Positions 35,105 through 44,515 of a stretch of DNA of 64,000 bases are shown one piece after another. The stretch's first letter is position 1; each line of letters begins with the position of its first letter. The position numbers were made by a program, and so were the translations under genes. The notes beneath the pieces were generated by a model, which was not told the DNA's origin, did no database searches, and worked only from the letters and a program-made list of their open reading frames with translations. This DNA comes from an uncultured delta proteobacterium (GTDB lineage: Bacteria; Myxococcota; Myxococcia; Myxococcales; Myxococcaceae): assembly GCA_963796055.1 (NCBI GenBank), contig CAWCKH010000004.1, forward strand, positions 3,168,001 to 3,232,000, written 5' to 3'.

Positions 35105-36616
35105 ATGCCTCGTCGCACCGGCACCTTCGAGCTGGTCCTCGCGCCCCGGGCGCGCGGACAGCCCGCGCAGCGCTGGGTGTACGAGGCGCTCCGCTCCGCC
35201 ATCCTCGGCGGCCGGCTCCGGGCCGGGGCCCGGCTCCCGGCCACCCGTGACCTCGCGCGCCAGCACGGGCTCGCCCGGGGCACCGTCGTCGCCGCCTTCT
35301 CCCAGCTCCGGGCCGAGGGCTACGTCCGGTCCACCGTGGGCTCCGGGACGTTCGTCGGGGAGGTGCCCCCGGACACGCTGCTCGGTCTGGGCGGGCCACC
35401 GGGGCGGGCAGGCCCTCCCTCCCGCGCGCTCCACGTCCGCCAGTCGCGGTTCGCGCGGCGGGTGCGACCCTTCCCGGTGCTCGAGCCACGGAGGACCCGG
35501 GCCTTCCGCACCGACCTCCCTGCGCTGGAGCTGTTCCCGGCCTCGCTCTGGGCGCAGGTGACCGGCCGCGTCCTTCGCGGGGCCTCCACCCGCCTGCTGC
35601 TGGGGTGCGAGCCGCTGGGGCACCGGCCGCTCCGGGCCGCCATCGCGGCGCACCTGCGTGCGACCCGCGGCGCGCGCTGCGAGGCGGACCAGATCGCCAT
35701 CGTCTCCGGCGTGCAGGAAGCGCTGGACCTCGCGGCGCGGATGCTGGTCGACCCGGGCGACCGGGTGTGCCTCGAGGACCCGGGCTACGGCGGCGCCGCC
35801 CGCGCCTTCGGTGCGCTGGGTGCACGGCTCGTCCCGGTGCCGGTGGACGGCGAGGGACTGGTGATCGATCGGCGGAGGCTCGCCGGGGCCCGGCTGGTCT
35901 ACACCACGCCGGCGCACCAGTACCCACTCGGGGTGACGATGAGCGTGGCGCGCAGGCTGGCCCTGCTGCGCTGGGCGCGGGCGAACGGCGCGGTGCTGTT
36001 CGAGGACGACTACGACGGCGAGTTCCGCTACCAGGGCCGCCCCATCCCGGCGCTGCAGGGGCTGGAGCCGGACGCACCGGTGCTGCTCGCCGGGAGCTTC
36101 GGGAAGGTGCTCTTCCCGGCGCTGCGGCTCGGGTACCTGGTCCTCCCCGGCCCTCTGGTGGAGCGGGTGGCCGCGCTGCGCTCGTCCACGGTGCGACATC
36201 CACCGGTGCTCGACCAGGCGTTCCTCGCCGCGTTCATCGAGGAGGGGCACCTCGGGCGGCACGTGCGGCGGATGCGCGAGGTGTACGCCGAGCGGCGGGC
36301 GGTGCTGGTCGACTCCGCTGCCCGGCTGCTCGGGGGGGCCCTGGCGCTCTCCCCGGTGGAGGCGGGGCTTCAGACCTCCGCGCTGCTCGGCCCGGGGGTG
36401 CGCGCCGAGGCGGTGGTGCGCGCCGCGGCCGAGCAGGACGTGGAGGTCACCGCGCTGGGGCGGGAGTGGCGGGGGCGCTTCCGGCGCGAGGGACTGCTCC
36501 TCGGCTTCGCCGCGGTGAGGCCCGAGGAGATCCGCCGCGGGGTGGAGGTGCTGGCGGCCGTGCTGGAACGCGGAAGGCGCCCGCCGCGGGGCGGGGAGAA
36601 TTGTTCCAGCTCCTGA
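35105..36616 (+). CDS. MocR/GabR-family regulator (GntR HTH plus PLP aminotransferase-like domain)
   Basis: RLPATRDLA...RGTVVAAFSQL.AEGY...GSGTFV; TPAHQYPLG, EDDYDGEFRY, SFGKVLFPALRLGY. Confidence 0.95.
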   Translation: MPRRTGTFELVLAPRARGQPAQRWVYEALRSAILGGRLRAGARLPATRDLARQHGLARGTVVAAFSQLRAEGYVRSTVGSGTFVGEVPPDTLLGLGGPPGRAGPPSRALHVRQSRFARRVRPFPVLEPRRTRAFRTDLPALELFPASLWAQVTGRVLRGASTRLLLGCEPLGHRPLRAAIAAHLRATRGARCEADQIAIVSGVQEALDLAARMLVDPGDRVCLEDPGYGGAARAFGALGARLVPVPVDGEGLVIDRRRLAGARLVYTTPAHQYPLGVTMSVARRLALLRWARANGAVLFEDDYDGEFRYQGRPIPALQGLEPDAPVLLAGSFGKVLFPALRLGYLVLPGPLVERVAALRSSTVRHPPVLDQAFLAAFIEEGHLGRHVRRMREVYAERRAVLVDSAARLLGGALALSPVEAGLQTSALLGPGVRAEAVVRAAAEQDVEVTALGREWRGRFRREGLLLGFAAVRPEEIRRGVEVLAAVLERGRRPPRGGENCSSS

Positions 36617-36680
36617 CAGTCAGCGGGAAGTTTTCTGCACCCGGGCCGGTGTCCGGCGCTGAGCTGGGCCCGGGGTACCC

Positions 36681-37235
36681 ATGACCCAATCACCCGACGA
36701 GCTCGATCTGGTCAGCGCCGCCACCGCGCTGGAGGGCACGCTCCGGCGCCTCCGCGAGCTGGTGGAGCGCGCGTTGCACGGGTCGCTCACCACCCGGAAG
36801 CACATCGAGCGCACGGCCGCCGCGCTCACCGCGCTCGCACCCCTGGAGGCCGAGATTGGCGTCCACGCCCGGGCGCTGGTCGGGGCCATCGACCGGAGCC
36901 GGCGGATGCAGGAGGACCTCACCGGCCGGGCCCATGCCCGGGCACTTGAGCTGCAGGCCCGGAGCGCCGAGCTGCAGCTGCTGATGGACTCGCTCGGCCA
37001 GCTCGGGCAGGAGACGCACCGGGTCGCCGGAGCCTTCGAGGGGCAGACCAGCCCCGAGAGCCTGGCCGCGGCCGCGGTGGAGCTCGACGCCCTGGTGGCC
37101 CGTGCCCGCGAGCTGGCCGACCAGGCCGGCACCCGCGGGTTCGAGGACGTGCAACGTCAAGTCAACTCTCTCCGCCAGCAGCTGTCGGCGGCGCGCAACC
37201 GGCTCACCCTCTCCGGTGGTCCGGCCCGGGCGTAG
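36681..37235 (+). CDS. Hypothetical all-helical/coiled-coil protein
   Basis: ATG start, GC3-rich codons, fills the gap between mocR and queD, Leu/Ala periodicity. Confidence 0.65.
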   Translation: MTQSPDELDLVSAATALEGTLRRLRELVERALHGSLTTRKHIERTAAALTALAPLEAEIGVHARALVGAIDRSRRMQEDLTGRAHARALELQARSAELQLLMDSLGQLGQETHRVAGAFEGQTSPESLAAAAVELDALVARARELADQAGTRGFEDVQRQVNSLRQQLSAARNRLTLSGGPARA

Positions 37236-37307
37236 TTCCCTCGAGCCCGTGCCCCCCGCGAGCGGCCGGCGATTGCAGCTCGGGGAGTTCGGGATTACGA
37301 CGGTCAA

Positions 37308-37661
37308 ATGCCGATGGATCTCTCGGTCGACTTCCACTTCTGCGCCGCGCACCGGCTGCCCTACTACGACGGCCCTTGCTTCCGGATGCACGGGCACAAT
37401 TACCGCCTTCAAGTCTCGGTGACCGGCAAGCCCAACCCGCGCGATGGGATGATCATCGACTTCGAGGAGATCCGGAAGAAGACCTGGGAGCTCGCGCTCA
37501 ACCAGTGCGATCACCACACCCTGAACGACTTCCTCGACAATCCCACCGCGGAGAACGTGATCGTCTGGATCTGGGATCGGCTGAAGCCCCAGCTTCCCCA
37601 GCTCAAGGAGCTCCGCCTGTGGGAAACGCCCGAGTACTGCGTCACGTACAGCGCGGACTGA
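37308..37661 (+). CDS. queD: 6-carboxytetrahydropterin synthase (PTPS/QueD)
   Basis: AAHRL, CxxxHGH (CFRMHGH), DF, DH..LN, PTAEN, ET. Confidence 0.9.
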   Translation: MPMDLSVDFHFCAAHRLPYYDGPCFRMHGHNYRLQVSVTGKPNPRDGMIIDFEEIRKKTWELALNQCDHHTLNDFLDNPTAENVIVWIWDRLKPQLPQLKELRLWETPEYCVTYSAD

Positions 37662-37705
37662 GCCCGGGCGCACGGCGCTCCCGCGCCGCTCCCGACCCCG
37701 AGGCC

Positions 37706-38272
37706 ATGCGGCGCGCGGTGCAGGCCTTCCTCGAGGCGTCCGGCCTGTCGCCCGACGACCCAGAGCTGCGAGAGACGCCGGCCCGCGTCGCCGAGGCCTG
37801 GGCCCAGCACTTCCTCGACGGGTACGGCCGCGATCCGGACACGGTGCTCGCCGAGCGCATCCCCGTTCCGGACGGCTCCCGGGGCGAGCTGGTGGTGGTC
37901 ACCGGCCTTCGCTTCCACTCGATGTGCCCGCACCACCTCCTTCCCGTCGAGGGGCGGGCCCACCTCGCCTACGTGCCTGGCGCGTACGTGGTGGGGTTCG
38001 GGCGGCTGGCGGCACTGCTGGACACCTGGGCCCACCGGCTCATCCTCCAGGAGCACCTGGCGCGGGGGGTGGCTCGCTCGCTCGCGCGCGGGCTGGAGAG
38101 CCCCGGCGCCGCGTGCATCGTCGAGGCGCAGCAGGCCTGCCTGCGCGTGCGTGGCGAGGAACAGCGGGACGCGGTCACCCATGCCGAGGCCTACGAGGGG
38201 GTTCTGCGCAAGGACGGCATGCTCCGGCGCGAGCTCTGGGCCCGCATCGCGGCGGCCGGAGCCGGGTGGTGA
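37706..38272 (+). CDS. folE: GTP cyclohydrolase I, divergent (start may be CTG 37658)
   Basis: ETPARVA, FHSMCPHHLLP, AHLAYVP, LQE.L, C..VRG. Confidence 0.85.
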   Translation: MRRAVQAFLEASGLSPDDPELRETPARVAEAWAQHFLDGYGRDPDTVLAERIPVPDGSRGELVVVTGLRFHSMCPHHLLPVEGRAHLAYVPGAYVVGFGRLAALLDTWAHRLILQEHLARGVARSLARGLESPGAACIVEAQQACLRVRGEEQRDAVTHAEAYEGVLRKDGMLRRELWARIAAAGAGW

Positions 38273-38964
38273 GCGGGCTCGCCGAACGGGTCGCCCTGGT
38301 GACCGGCGGCTCGCGGGGCATCGGCAGATCGGTCGCCGAGCAGCTGGCGGCGGCGGGCGCCGCGGTGGCGGTCCTGTCCACGACCGAGGCCGGGAGCCAG
38401 GCGGTGGCCGACGCGCTGCGGGCGCGCGGAGCCAGGGCGCTGGCCATCGCCGCCGACGTGGCGGACGCGCGGGCCCTGGACCAGGCGGTGGCCACGGTGG
38501 AGCGAGGCCTCGGCCCGGTGGACGTCCTGGTGAACGACGCGGGCATCGCGCTGCGCCGCCCGGTGACGGAGATGAGCGACGCCGACTGGGACCGCGTGCT
38601 GGCGGTCAACCTGCACGGGCCCTTCTACCTCGCCCGGCGCTGCGTGCCCGGAATGGCCGAGCGACGCTGGGGAAGGGTGGTGAACGTCTCGTCGATCAGC
38701 GGCCGGGTGGGAACGGCAGGGATGGCGGCGTACTGCGCGAGCAAGTGGGGGCTCAACGGCTTCACCCAGGCGCTCGCCGCCGAGGTGAAGGAGCGCAACG
38801 TGCTGGTCGCCGCGGTGCTCCCCGGCAGCACCGACACCGAGATGCTGAGGGGCTCCGGCTGGGAGCCCGAGATGACGCCCGCCGAGGTGGCGCGGGTGGT
38901 GACCTTCCTCTGCGTCGAAGCTCCGCTGGCAATGAGCGGGAGCCTGGTGGAGATGTTCGGATGA
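38269..38964 (+). CDS. Short-chain dehydrogenase/reductase
   Basis: TGGSRGIG, VNDAG, NVSS, YCASK; GTGA overlap. Confidence 0.92.
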   Translation: MSGLAERVALVTGGSRGIGRSVAEQLAAAGAAVAVLSTTEAGSQAVADALRARGARALAIAADVADARALDQAVATVERGLGPVDVLVNDAGIALRRPVTEMSDADWDRVLAVNLHGPFYLARRCVPGMAERRWGRVVNVSSISGRVGTAGMAAYCASKWGLNGFTQALAAEVKERNVLVAAVLPGSTDTEMLRGSGWEPEMTPAEVARVVTFLCVEAPLAMSGSLVEMFG

Positions 38965-40355
38965 ACCGCCCTTCCAAGCAGCAGCTGGAGTCGTGCCGTA
39001 CCGCGCTGGTGGAGGCGCTCGGGGCGTCGGCGCTGAAGACCGACCCCGACGCGCTCTCGGACTACGGCCACGACGAGTCGGACCTGGGCACGACCCCCGC
39101 CGACCTGGTGGTGCTGCCCCGGACCACGGCGGAGGTCTCGGCCGTCCTGCGGATCGCCCGCGAGCACCGGGTCCCGGTGACGCCCTGCGGGGCGCGGAGC
39201 GGGAAGAGCGGCGGCTCGATGCCGGTCCACGGAGGCGTCGTGCTGAGTGTGGAGCGGATGAACACCATCCGCTCCATCTCCACCGAGGACCTGGTGGCGG
39301 TGGTCGAGCCGGGTGTCATCACCGGGGACCTCATGAAGGCGGTGGAGGCGAAGGGGCTCTTCTACCCGCCCGACCCGAACTCGTGGGAGTGGTGCACGAT
39401 CGGCGGCAACATCGCCGAGAACGCCGGGGGGCCGAGAGCGTTCAAGTACGGCGTCACCCGGGACTACGTGCTGGGCATGGAGTGGGTGATGCCCGACGGC
39501 GAGGTGCTCCGCGTCGGCCGGCGGACCATCAAGGGCGTGGCCGGCTACGACCTGGTGGGGCTGCTGGTGGGCAGCGAGGGGACCCTTGGCATCGCCACCG
39601 AGATCACCCTCCAGCTGCTCCCCCTGCCGCGCGAGGTGCAGACCGCGCTGCTGGTGTTCGCCGACGTGCGCGCCGCGGCGCGGGCGGTGAGCGCGGTGCT
39701 GGCGGCGGGCGTGTTCCCCCGCACGCTCGAGCTGATGGACGACCTGGCGGTGAAGGCGGTGGACGGCAAGGGCTTCAACTTCCCGCCCGGGACCGGGGCC
39801 TGTGTGCTGGCGGAGGTGGACGGGAACGTGCCCGAGGCGGTGTTCGGCGAGCTGGCGAGGCTCGGGGAGATCGCCGAGGAGCACGGGGCCAAGGAGACCT
39901 GGCTCGCCCAGGACGCGTCGCAGCGAGAGAGACTCTGGGCCGCCCGCCGGACGGTGAGCATCGCGCTGCGAGGCCTGGCCAAGCACAAGCTCTCGGAGGA
40001 CCTGGTGGTCCCCCGCTCGCGCATCCCGGAGATGATCGACCGGTGCAAGGCCATCGGCCAGGCACTGGGCCTGACCGTGGCGACGTACGGGCATGCCGGC
40101 GATGGAAACCTCCACGCCAACATCCTCTTCGACTCCGCCGACGAGCGGCCGAAGGTGGACGAGGCCCTCCGCCAGATGGCGGTCGTGGCCATCGAGCTCG
40201 GGGGGACCATCACCGGCGAGCACGGGGTCGGCATCGCCAAGCGTGACCTGCTGCCGCTCGAGCAGGCGCCGGGTGTCCTGGCGCTCCAGCGGAAGCTCAA
40301 GCAGCTGTTCGACCCCGAGGGGCTCCTGAACCCGGGCAAGTTCCTGCCCGACTGA
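38961..40355 (+). CDS. FAD-linked oxidase (GlcD/D-lactate dehydrogenase-like)
   Basis: YPPDPNS, TIGGNIAENAGG, GSEGTLG, GHAGDGNLH, GEHGVG, LNPGK; ATGA overlap. Confidence 0.92.
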   Translation: MNRPSKQQLESCRTALVEALGASALKTDPDALSDYGHDESDLGTTPADLVVLPRTTAEVSAVLRIAREHRVPVTPCGARSGKSGGSMPVHGGVVLSVERMNTIRSISTEDLVAVVEPGVITGDLMKAVEAKGLFYPPDPNSWEWCTIGGNIAENAGGPRAFKYGVTRDYVLGMEWVMPDGEVLRVGRRTIKGVAGYDLVGLLVGSEGTLGIATEITLQLLPLPREVQTALLVFADVRAAARAVSAVLAAGVFPRTLELMDDLAVKAVDGKGFNFPPGTGACVLAEVDGNVPEAVFGELARLGEIAEEHGAKETWLAQDASQRERLWAARRTVSIALRGLAKHKLSEDLVVPRSRIPEMIDRCKAIGQALGLTVATYGHAGDGNLHANILFDSADERPKVDEALRQMAVVAIELGGTITGEHGVGIAKRDLLPLEQAPGVLALQRKLKQLFDPEGLLNPGKFLPD

Positions 40356-40675
40356 AACGCCCCGCCGCCCCGGCGACACTCGAGAGCGGGCTCGGGCGCC
40401 CCAGGGACGTCTCGGAGAACTCGGTTCGGAGCCCTCGGGCCACCGGAGGGGCCGAAGATCCCGAGCAGTTCCGGGCTCCTCCGGGTGTCAGCGCCGGGGC
40501 ACGGGGGAGAGGCAAGCGAACCCGATTCCTTGCGTAAGCGGGAGGAATGGTGAGGTTCCCAGCTGTCGTGGCGCGGCGAAACCTTGGAGGTCTTCGTGCG
40601 TCCAAGGAGGGCGTGTGAAGACCCCCACGGGGTCCGAATCCCTCCAGCAAATCCGACGAAAGGAGGTTTGAGACC

Positions 40676-41419
40676 ATGGCCTCAGCAACCCGTTCCGAAA
40701 GTCTTTCCTCGTACCTCCGCCAGATTGGCGGCCGCCCCCAGCTCACCCGGGAGCAGGAGTACGAGCTCGCCCGGCGCGCCCGAAAGGGTGACGCCTCGGC
40801 CCGGGACACGCTCGCCCTCTCGAACCTCCCCTTCGTGGTGGCGGTCGCCAAGAAGTTCGCTCACCGCGGGGCCCGGCTGGATGACCTGGTCCAGGAGGGC
40901 AACGTCGGCCTGATGAAGGCCATCGAGCACTTCGACCCGAAGAAGAACGTCCGCTTCGCCACCTACGCGGTGTGGTGGATCCGCGCGTACATCACCCGGT
41001 TCCTGAAGGACAACCGCAGCCAGGTGCGCGGTGGCGAGTCCGAGCGCGGCTCGATGGTGGACTTCAGCCTCGATACGGCCATCGACGAGGACGGCGACAC
41101 CACCTTCCTCGACCGGCTCGAGGAGCCCGGCCAGGGCCCCCAGGACACCTTCCTCGGCAAGGAGCAGGACGCCGACGTGCAGGAGGCCCTCGCCAAGGTG
41201 CGCAAGCGCATCGGCGACCTCGGCTGGGACATCGTCCAGGAGCGGCTCACCCAGGACAAGCCGCGGACCCTCGAGGAGCTGGGCCAGCGGTGGGGCGTCA
41301 GCCGTGAGCGGGTGCGGCAGGTGGAGCTGAAGACGAAGCACTTCCTCGCCCGGTACCTCTCCGCGTTCAACCAGGACGAGGAGCAGCTCGACATGCCGGC
41401 GGAGGCCGACGCGGCCTGA
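40676..41419 (+). CDS. Sigma-70 family factor, RpoH-like, with a very short region 3
   Basis: Region 1.2 LSSYLRQI; region 2 DLVQEGNVGLMKAIEHFDP..RFATYAVWWIR; region 4 TLEELGQRWGVSRERVRQVE; RBS AAAGGAGG. Confidence 0.92.
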   Translation: MASATRSESLSSYLRQIGGRPQLTREQEYELARRARKGDASARDTLALSNLPFVVAVAKKFAHRGARLDDLVQEGNVGLMKAIEHFDPKKNVRFATYAVWWIRAYITRFLKDNRSQVRGGESERGSMVDFSLDTAIDEDGDTTFLDRLEEPGQGPQDTFLGKEQDADVQEALAKVRKRIGDLGWDIVQERLTQDKPRTLEELGQRWGVSRERVRQVELKTKHFLARYLSAFNQDEEQLDMPAEADAA

Positions 41420-41525
41420 GACAGCGCCCCGGTCGTCGGGGTGTCGCACAGGGGTTGACGCAGCGCGGCAGCGCCCTGCTGCTTCCTTGCGAGTGCGGAC
41501 GGCCGCGTGTTACGCGGGCCGTTCC

Positions 41526-42302
41526 ATGCGCTGGACGTGTCTGCTCGTCTCGTTGATCTGTCCAGTGTTGTGTCTGGCCGCTGACGGTGCAGACGCCGGA
41601 AGTCCCTCGACCTCGGGTGACCCCACCCTGGCTGCCCTCGACGCCCTGTGGCACGAACGGGGAGACCCGGCGAAGGCCGAGGAGGGCATTCGCCAGGCAA
41701 GCGCTGCGGTGGCGGCGAAACCGGACGACGTCGAGCGGATGTTCCGGCTCGCCCGCGCCACCCTCTGGGTGGGCGACGGCGAGGAGAACAACGACCGCAA
41801 GCAGAAGCTCGGCCGGGAGGTCTGGGAGGTCGGTGACCGGATCGTGAAGGCGAGGCCCGCCTGGGTCGGCGGGCACTACTACGCGGCCGCGGGCATCGGG
41901 ATCTACAGCCAGGCGGTGGGAATTCTCAAAGCGCTCGGCGAAGGCCTGGAGAGCAAGTTCAACGAGCGGCTGGACAAGGCGATCGAGATCGATCCGCGGT
42001 TCCAGCACGAGATGCCGCTCATCGCCAAGGGCCGGTACTACTTCGAGCTGCCCTGGCCGAAGCGGAACCTTGGCAAGTCGGCCAACTGGTACCGCAAGGC
42101 GCTGGCCCTCGATCCGAACAATCTGCGGGCCACGGCCTGGCTCGCGGAGACGCTCTGGCGCGATGGTGACGTTGCCGGCGCCCGGGCTCAGCTGGCGAAG
42201 GTGGAGGAAGGTCACGTTCCCGGCGACCCGGCCGAGGAGGCGCGGGTCAAATCCATCGCGCGGAAGATTGCCGCGCAGATGGACAAGGAGGGTGCACGAT
42301 GA
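41526..42302 (+). CDS. Exported TPR-repeat protein
   Basis: Signal peptide (CLA-ADG), helical repeats such as YRKALALDPNN; ATGA overlap with the fatty acid-CoA ligase. Confidence 0.75.
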   Translation: MRWTCLLVSLICPVLCLAADGADAGSPSTSGDPTLAALDALWHERGDPAKAEEGIRQASAAVAAKPDDVERMFRLARATLWVGDGEENNDRKQKLGREVWEVGDRIVKARPAWVGGHYYAAAGIGIYSQAVGILKALGEGLESKFNERLDKAIEIDPRFQHEMPLIAKGRYYFELPWPKRNLGKSANWYRKALALDPNNLRATAWLAETLWRDGDVAGARAQLAKVEEGHVPGDPAEEARVKSIARKIAAQMDKEGAR

Positions 42303-44158
42303 GAGCCGAGAGCCAGGTGGCGAGCCCGGCGTCCAAGGGCGGAACGCTGCTGCATCTGCTCCAGGAGCGTGCGGCGCGGACCCCCAAGCAGGAGGCGGCG
42401 ACCCACAAGAAGTTCGGCAAGTGGACCCACGTCGACTGGGAGACCATCCTCGGCGACGTCCGTCATCTGTCGGCCGCGCTGGTCGCACGCGGCATCCAGC
42501 CCGGCGACCGGGTGGCGATCTTCGCCGACAGCTCGCTGCCGTGGTGCGTGGTGGACCTGGCGATCTGCGCTTCCCGGGCGATCACCGTCCCCATCTACGC
42601 CTCGAACACGCCGGACGAGGTGAAGTACGTGCTGCAGCACTCGGGCTCGGTGATGCTCTTCGTCGACCACGACCGGAGCAGCGGGAAGCAGCCCGGACGC
42701 TTCACCCGGGCCAGGTCGATCCTCTCCGACAGCCCGTCGGTGCGGACGATGGTGACGATGGAGGAGGAAGGGACGGGGGCCGAGGTGTCGATGGCCAAGC
42801 TGCTGGCCGAGGGCACCGCGCTCGATCAAAAGGATCCCCGGAAGTTCGAGGAGCGGGTCGGCGCGCTGCGGATGGATGACCCGTGCTGCTTCATCTACAC
42901 CTCGGGCACCACCGGCGCGCCCAAGGGCGTGATGCTGACGCACGGGAACCTGGGGTACGAGGCGAAGGCGCTCACCACACTTCAAGTCTTGCGTCCGGAC
43001 GACGCGGTGATGCTCTTCCTGCCGCTGGCGCACAGCTTCGCCCAGGACGTGAAGGCGGCCTGGATCGGGCTCGGCTACCGGATGATCTTCGCCCAGAGCA
43101 CGGACACCCTGCTCGCCGACATCGGCGAGACCTCGCCGACCATCCTCCCGGCGGTGCCGCGGATCTTCGAGAAGATCTACAACGCCGTCGTCTCCGGAGG
43201 CATGTCCAAGCCTGGGGTGGCGGGGAAGCTGTTCCGCTGGGCGATGCGGCTGTTCGAGGAGTCGGTCGACGCCCGGCTGCAGGGCCGGAGCTACGACTCG
43301 CTCTCGCTGACGCTGGCGAGGAAGCTGGTGTTCAGCAAGGTGAAGGCCACCCTGGACCAGAAGCTCGGCGGGCGGATGCGGCTGTTCGTCTCGGGCGGCG
43401 CGCCGCTCTCACGGAAGATCGCCTTCTTCTTCGACATGCTCGGCTTCGAGGTCCTCGAGGGCTACGGGCTGACCGAGACCACCGGGGCGGCGACGGTCAA
43501 TCCGCCGGGCCGGGCGCGGATCGGGACGGTGGGGCCGCCGATGCCGGGCTGCGAGCTGAAGATCGCCTCGGACGGGGAGATCCTCATGCGGGGACCGAAC
43601 GTGATGAAGGGCTACTACAACGCACCCGAAGCGACCCGGGAGATCCTGGAGCCGGACGGGTGGTTGCACTCCGGCGACATCGGGGAGATCGACCCCGTGG
43701 GCTTCGTGCGGATCACCGACCGGAAGAAGGACATCATCGTCACCGCCGGCGGAAAGAACGTCGCCCCGCAGAACCTCGAGAACAGCCTCAAGACCTTCCC
43801 CCTGATCAGCCAGGCCATGGTGCACGGCGACAAGCGGAAGTACCTCTCGGTGCTGATCGCAGTGAACGAGGAGGCGGCGCGGAAGCTGCTCCAGGAGTCG
43901 GGCATCACCCCGCCGGCCGCGTACGCCGAGGTGGCGGCGCGGCCGGAGATCGTCGCCGCGGTGCAGAAGGTGCTGGACACGTTCAACGCGCACGAGCCGC
44001 CCTACAACCAGCTCAAGCGCTTCCACGTCATGGACCACGACTTCACCCAGGACTCGGGCGAGCTGACGCCCACCCTCAAGGTGAAGCGGAAGGCCTGCAC
44101 CCAGCGTTACCAGCCGCTCCTCGACGGGCTCTACGACGGCGAGAAGATCGCCGACTGA
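42299..44158 (+). CDS. Long-chain fatty acid-CoA ligase
   Basis: IYTSGTTGAPKG, LPLAH, SGGAPL, EGYGLTE, ITDRKKDIIVTAGGKNVAP, ELTPTLKVKR. Confidence 0.93.
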   Translation: MRAESQVASPASKGGTLLHLLQERAARTPKQEAATHKKFGKWTHVDWETILGDVRHLSAALVARGIQPGDRVAIFADSSLPWCVVDLAICASRAITVPIYASNTPDEVKYVLQHSGSVMLFVDHDRSSGKQPGRFTRARSILSDSPSVRTMVTMEEEGTGAEVSMAKLLAEGTALDQKDPRKFEERVGALRMDDPCCFIYTSGTTGAPKGVMLTHGNLGYEAKALTTLQVLRPDDAVMLFLPLAHSFAQDVKAAWIGLGYRMIFAQSTDTLLADIGETSPTILPAVPRIFEKIYNAVVSGGMSKPGVAGKLFRWAMRLFEESVDARLQGRSYDSLSLTLARKLVFSKVKATLDQKLGGRMRLFVSGGAPLSRKIAFFFDMLGFEVLEGYGLTETTGAATVNPPGRARIGTVGPPMPGCELKIASDGEILMRGPNVMKGYYNAPEATREILEPDGWLHSGDIGEIDPVGFVRITDRKKDIIVTAGGKNVAPQNLENSLKTFPLISQAMVHGDKRKYLSVLIAVNEEAARKLLQESGITPPAAYAEVAARPEIVAAVQKVLDTFNAHEPPYNQLKRFHVMDHDFTQDSGELTPTLKVKRKACTQRYQPLLDGLYDGEKIAD

Positions 44159-44269
44159 CGGCGCGCGGCCCGGGTCCGGCGAAGGCACCCGTCGTGACAC
44201 CCGTTCGGTGCGACGGCGCACGGCGGGAATGCGGTGGTGAACGACGAAGGGCGGTCGGCCGGGGGTGGC

Positions 44270-44515
44270 TCAGGCATCCTTGCTGGCGGATGCGGGCGCG
44301 CGGGTCCCGGTCTTGTTCGCATCCGGGCCACCGGTGCTGAGGGCGTCCTGGCGCTGCGCGTCGGCCTGGGCTTCTTGATCCCCGCCGAATCCCTTCTTGA
44401 AGTTCCGGATGGCCTGGCCGAGCGAGGAGCCGAGCTGGGGCAGCTTGGTGCCTCCGAAGAGGACCAGAATGACCAGGAAGATGATCAGCAGCTCACCCAT
44501 CTTGAGACCGAACAT
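44270..44515 (-). CDS. tatA: Twin-arginine translocase TatA/E subunit
   Basis: MFGLKMGELLIIFLVILVLFGGTKLPQLGSSLGQAIRNFKK. Confidence 0.92.
   Translation of the reverse strand: MFGLKMGELLIIFLVILVLFGGTKLPQLGSSLGQAIRNFKKGFGGDQEAQADAQRQDALSTGGPDANKTGTRAPASASKDA

Noticed and set aside
37236..37307. preQ1 riboswitch before queD
   Set aside because: No preQ1 stem-loop with an A-rich tail; the region looks more like a promoter directly before the start codon.
40569..40588. Sigma54 promoter (TGGCGCG) upstream of the sigma factor gene
   Set aside because: No GC dinucleotide at the required distance from the GG.
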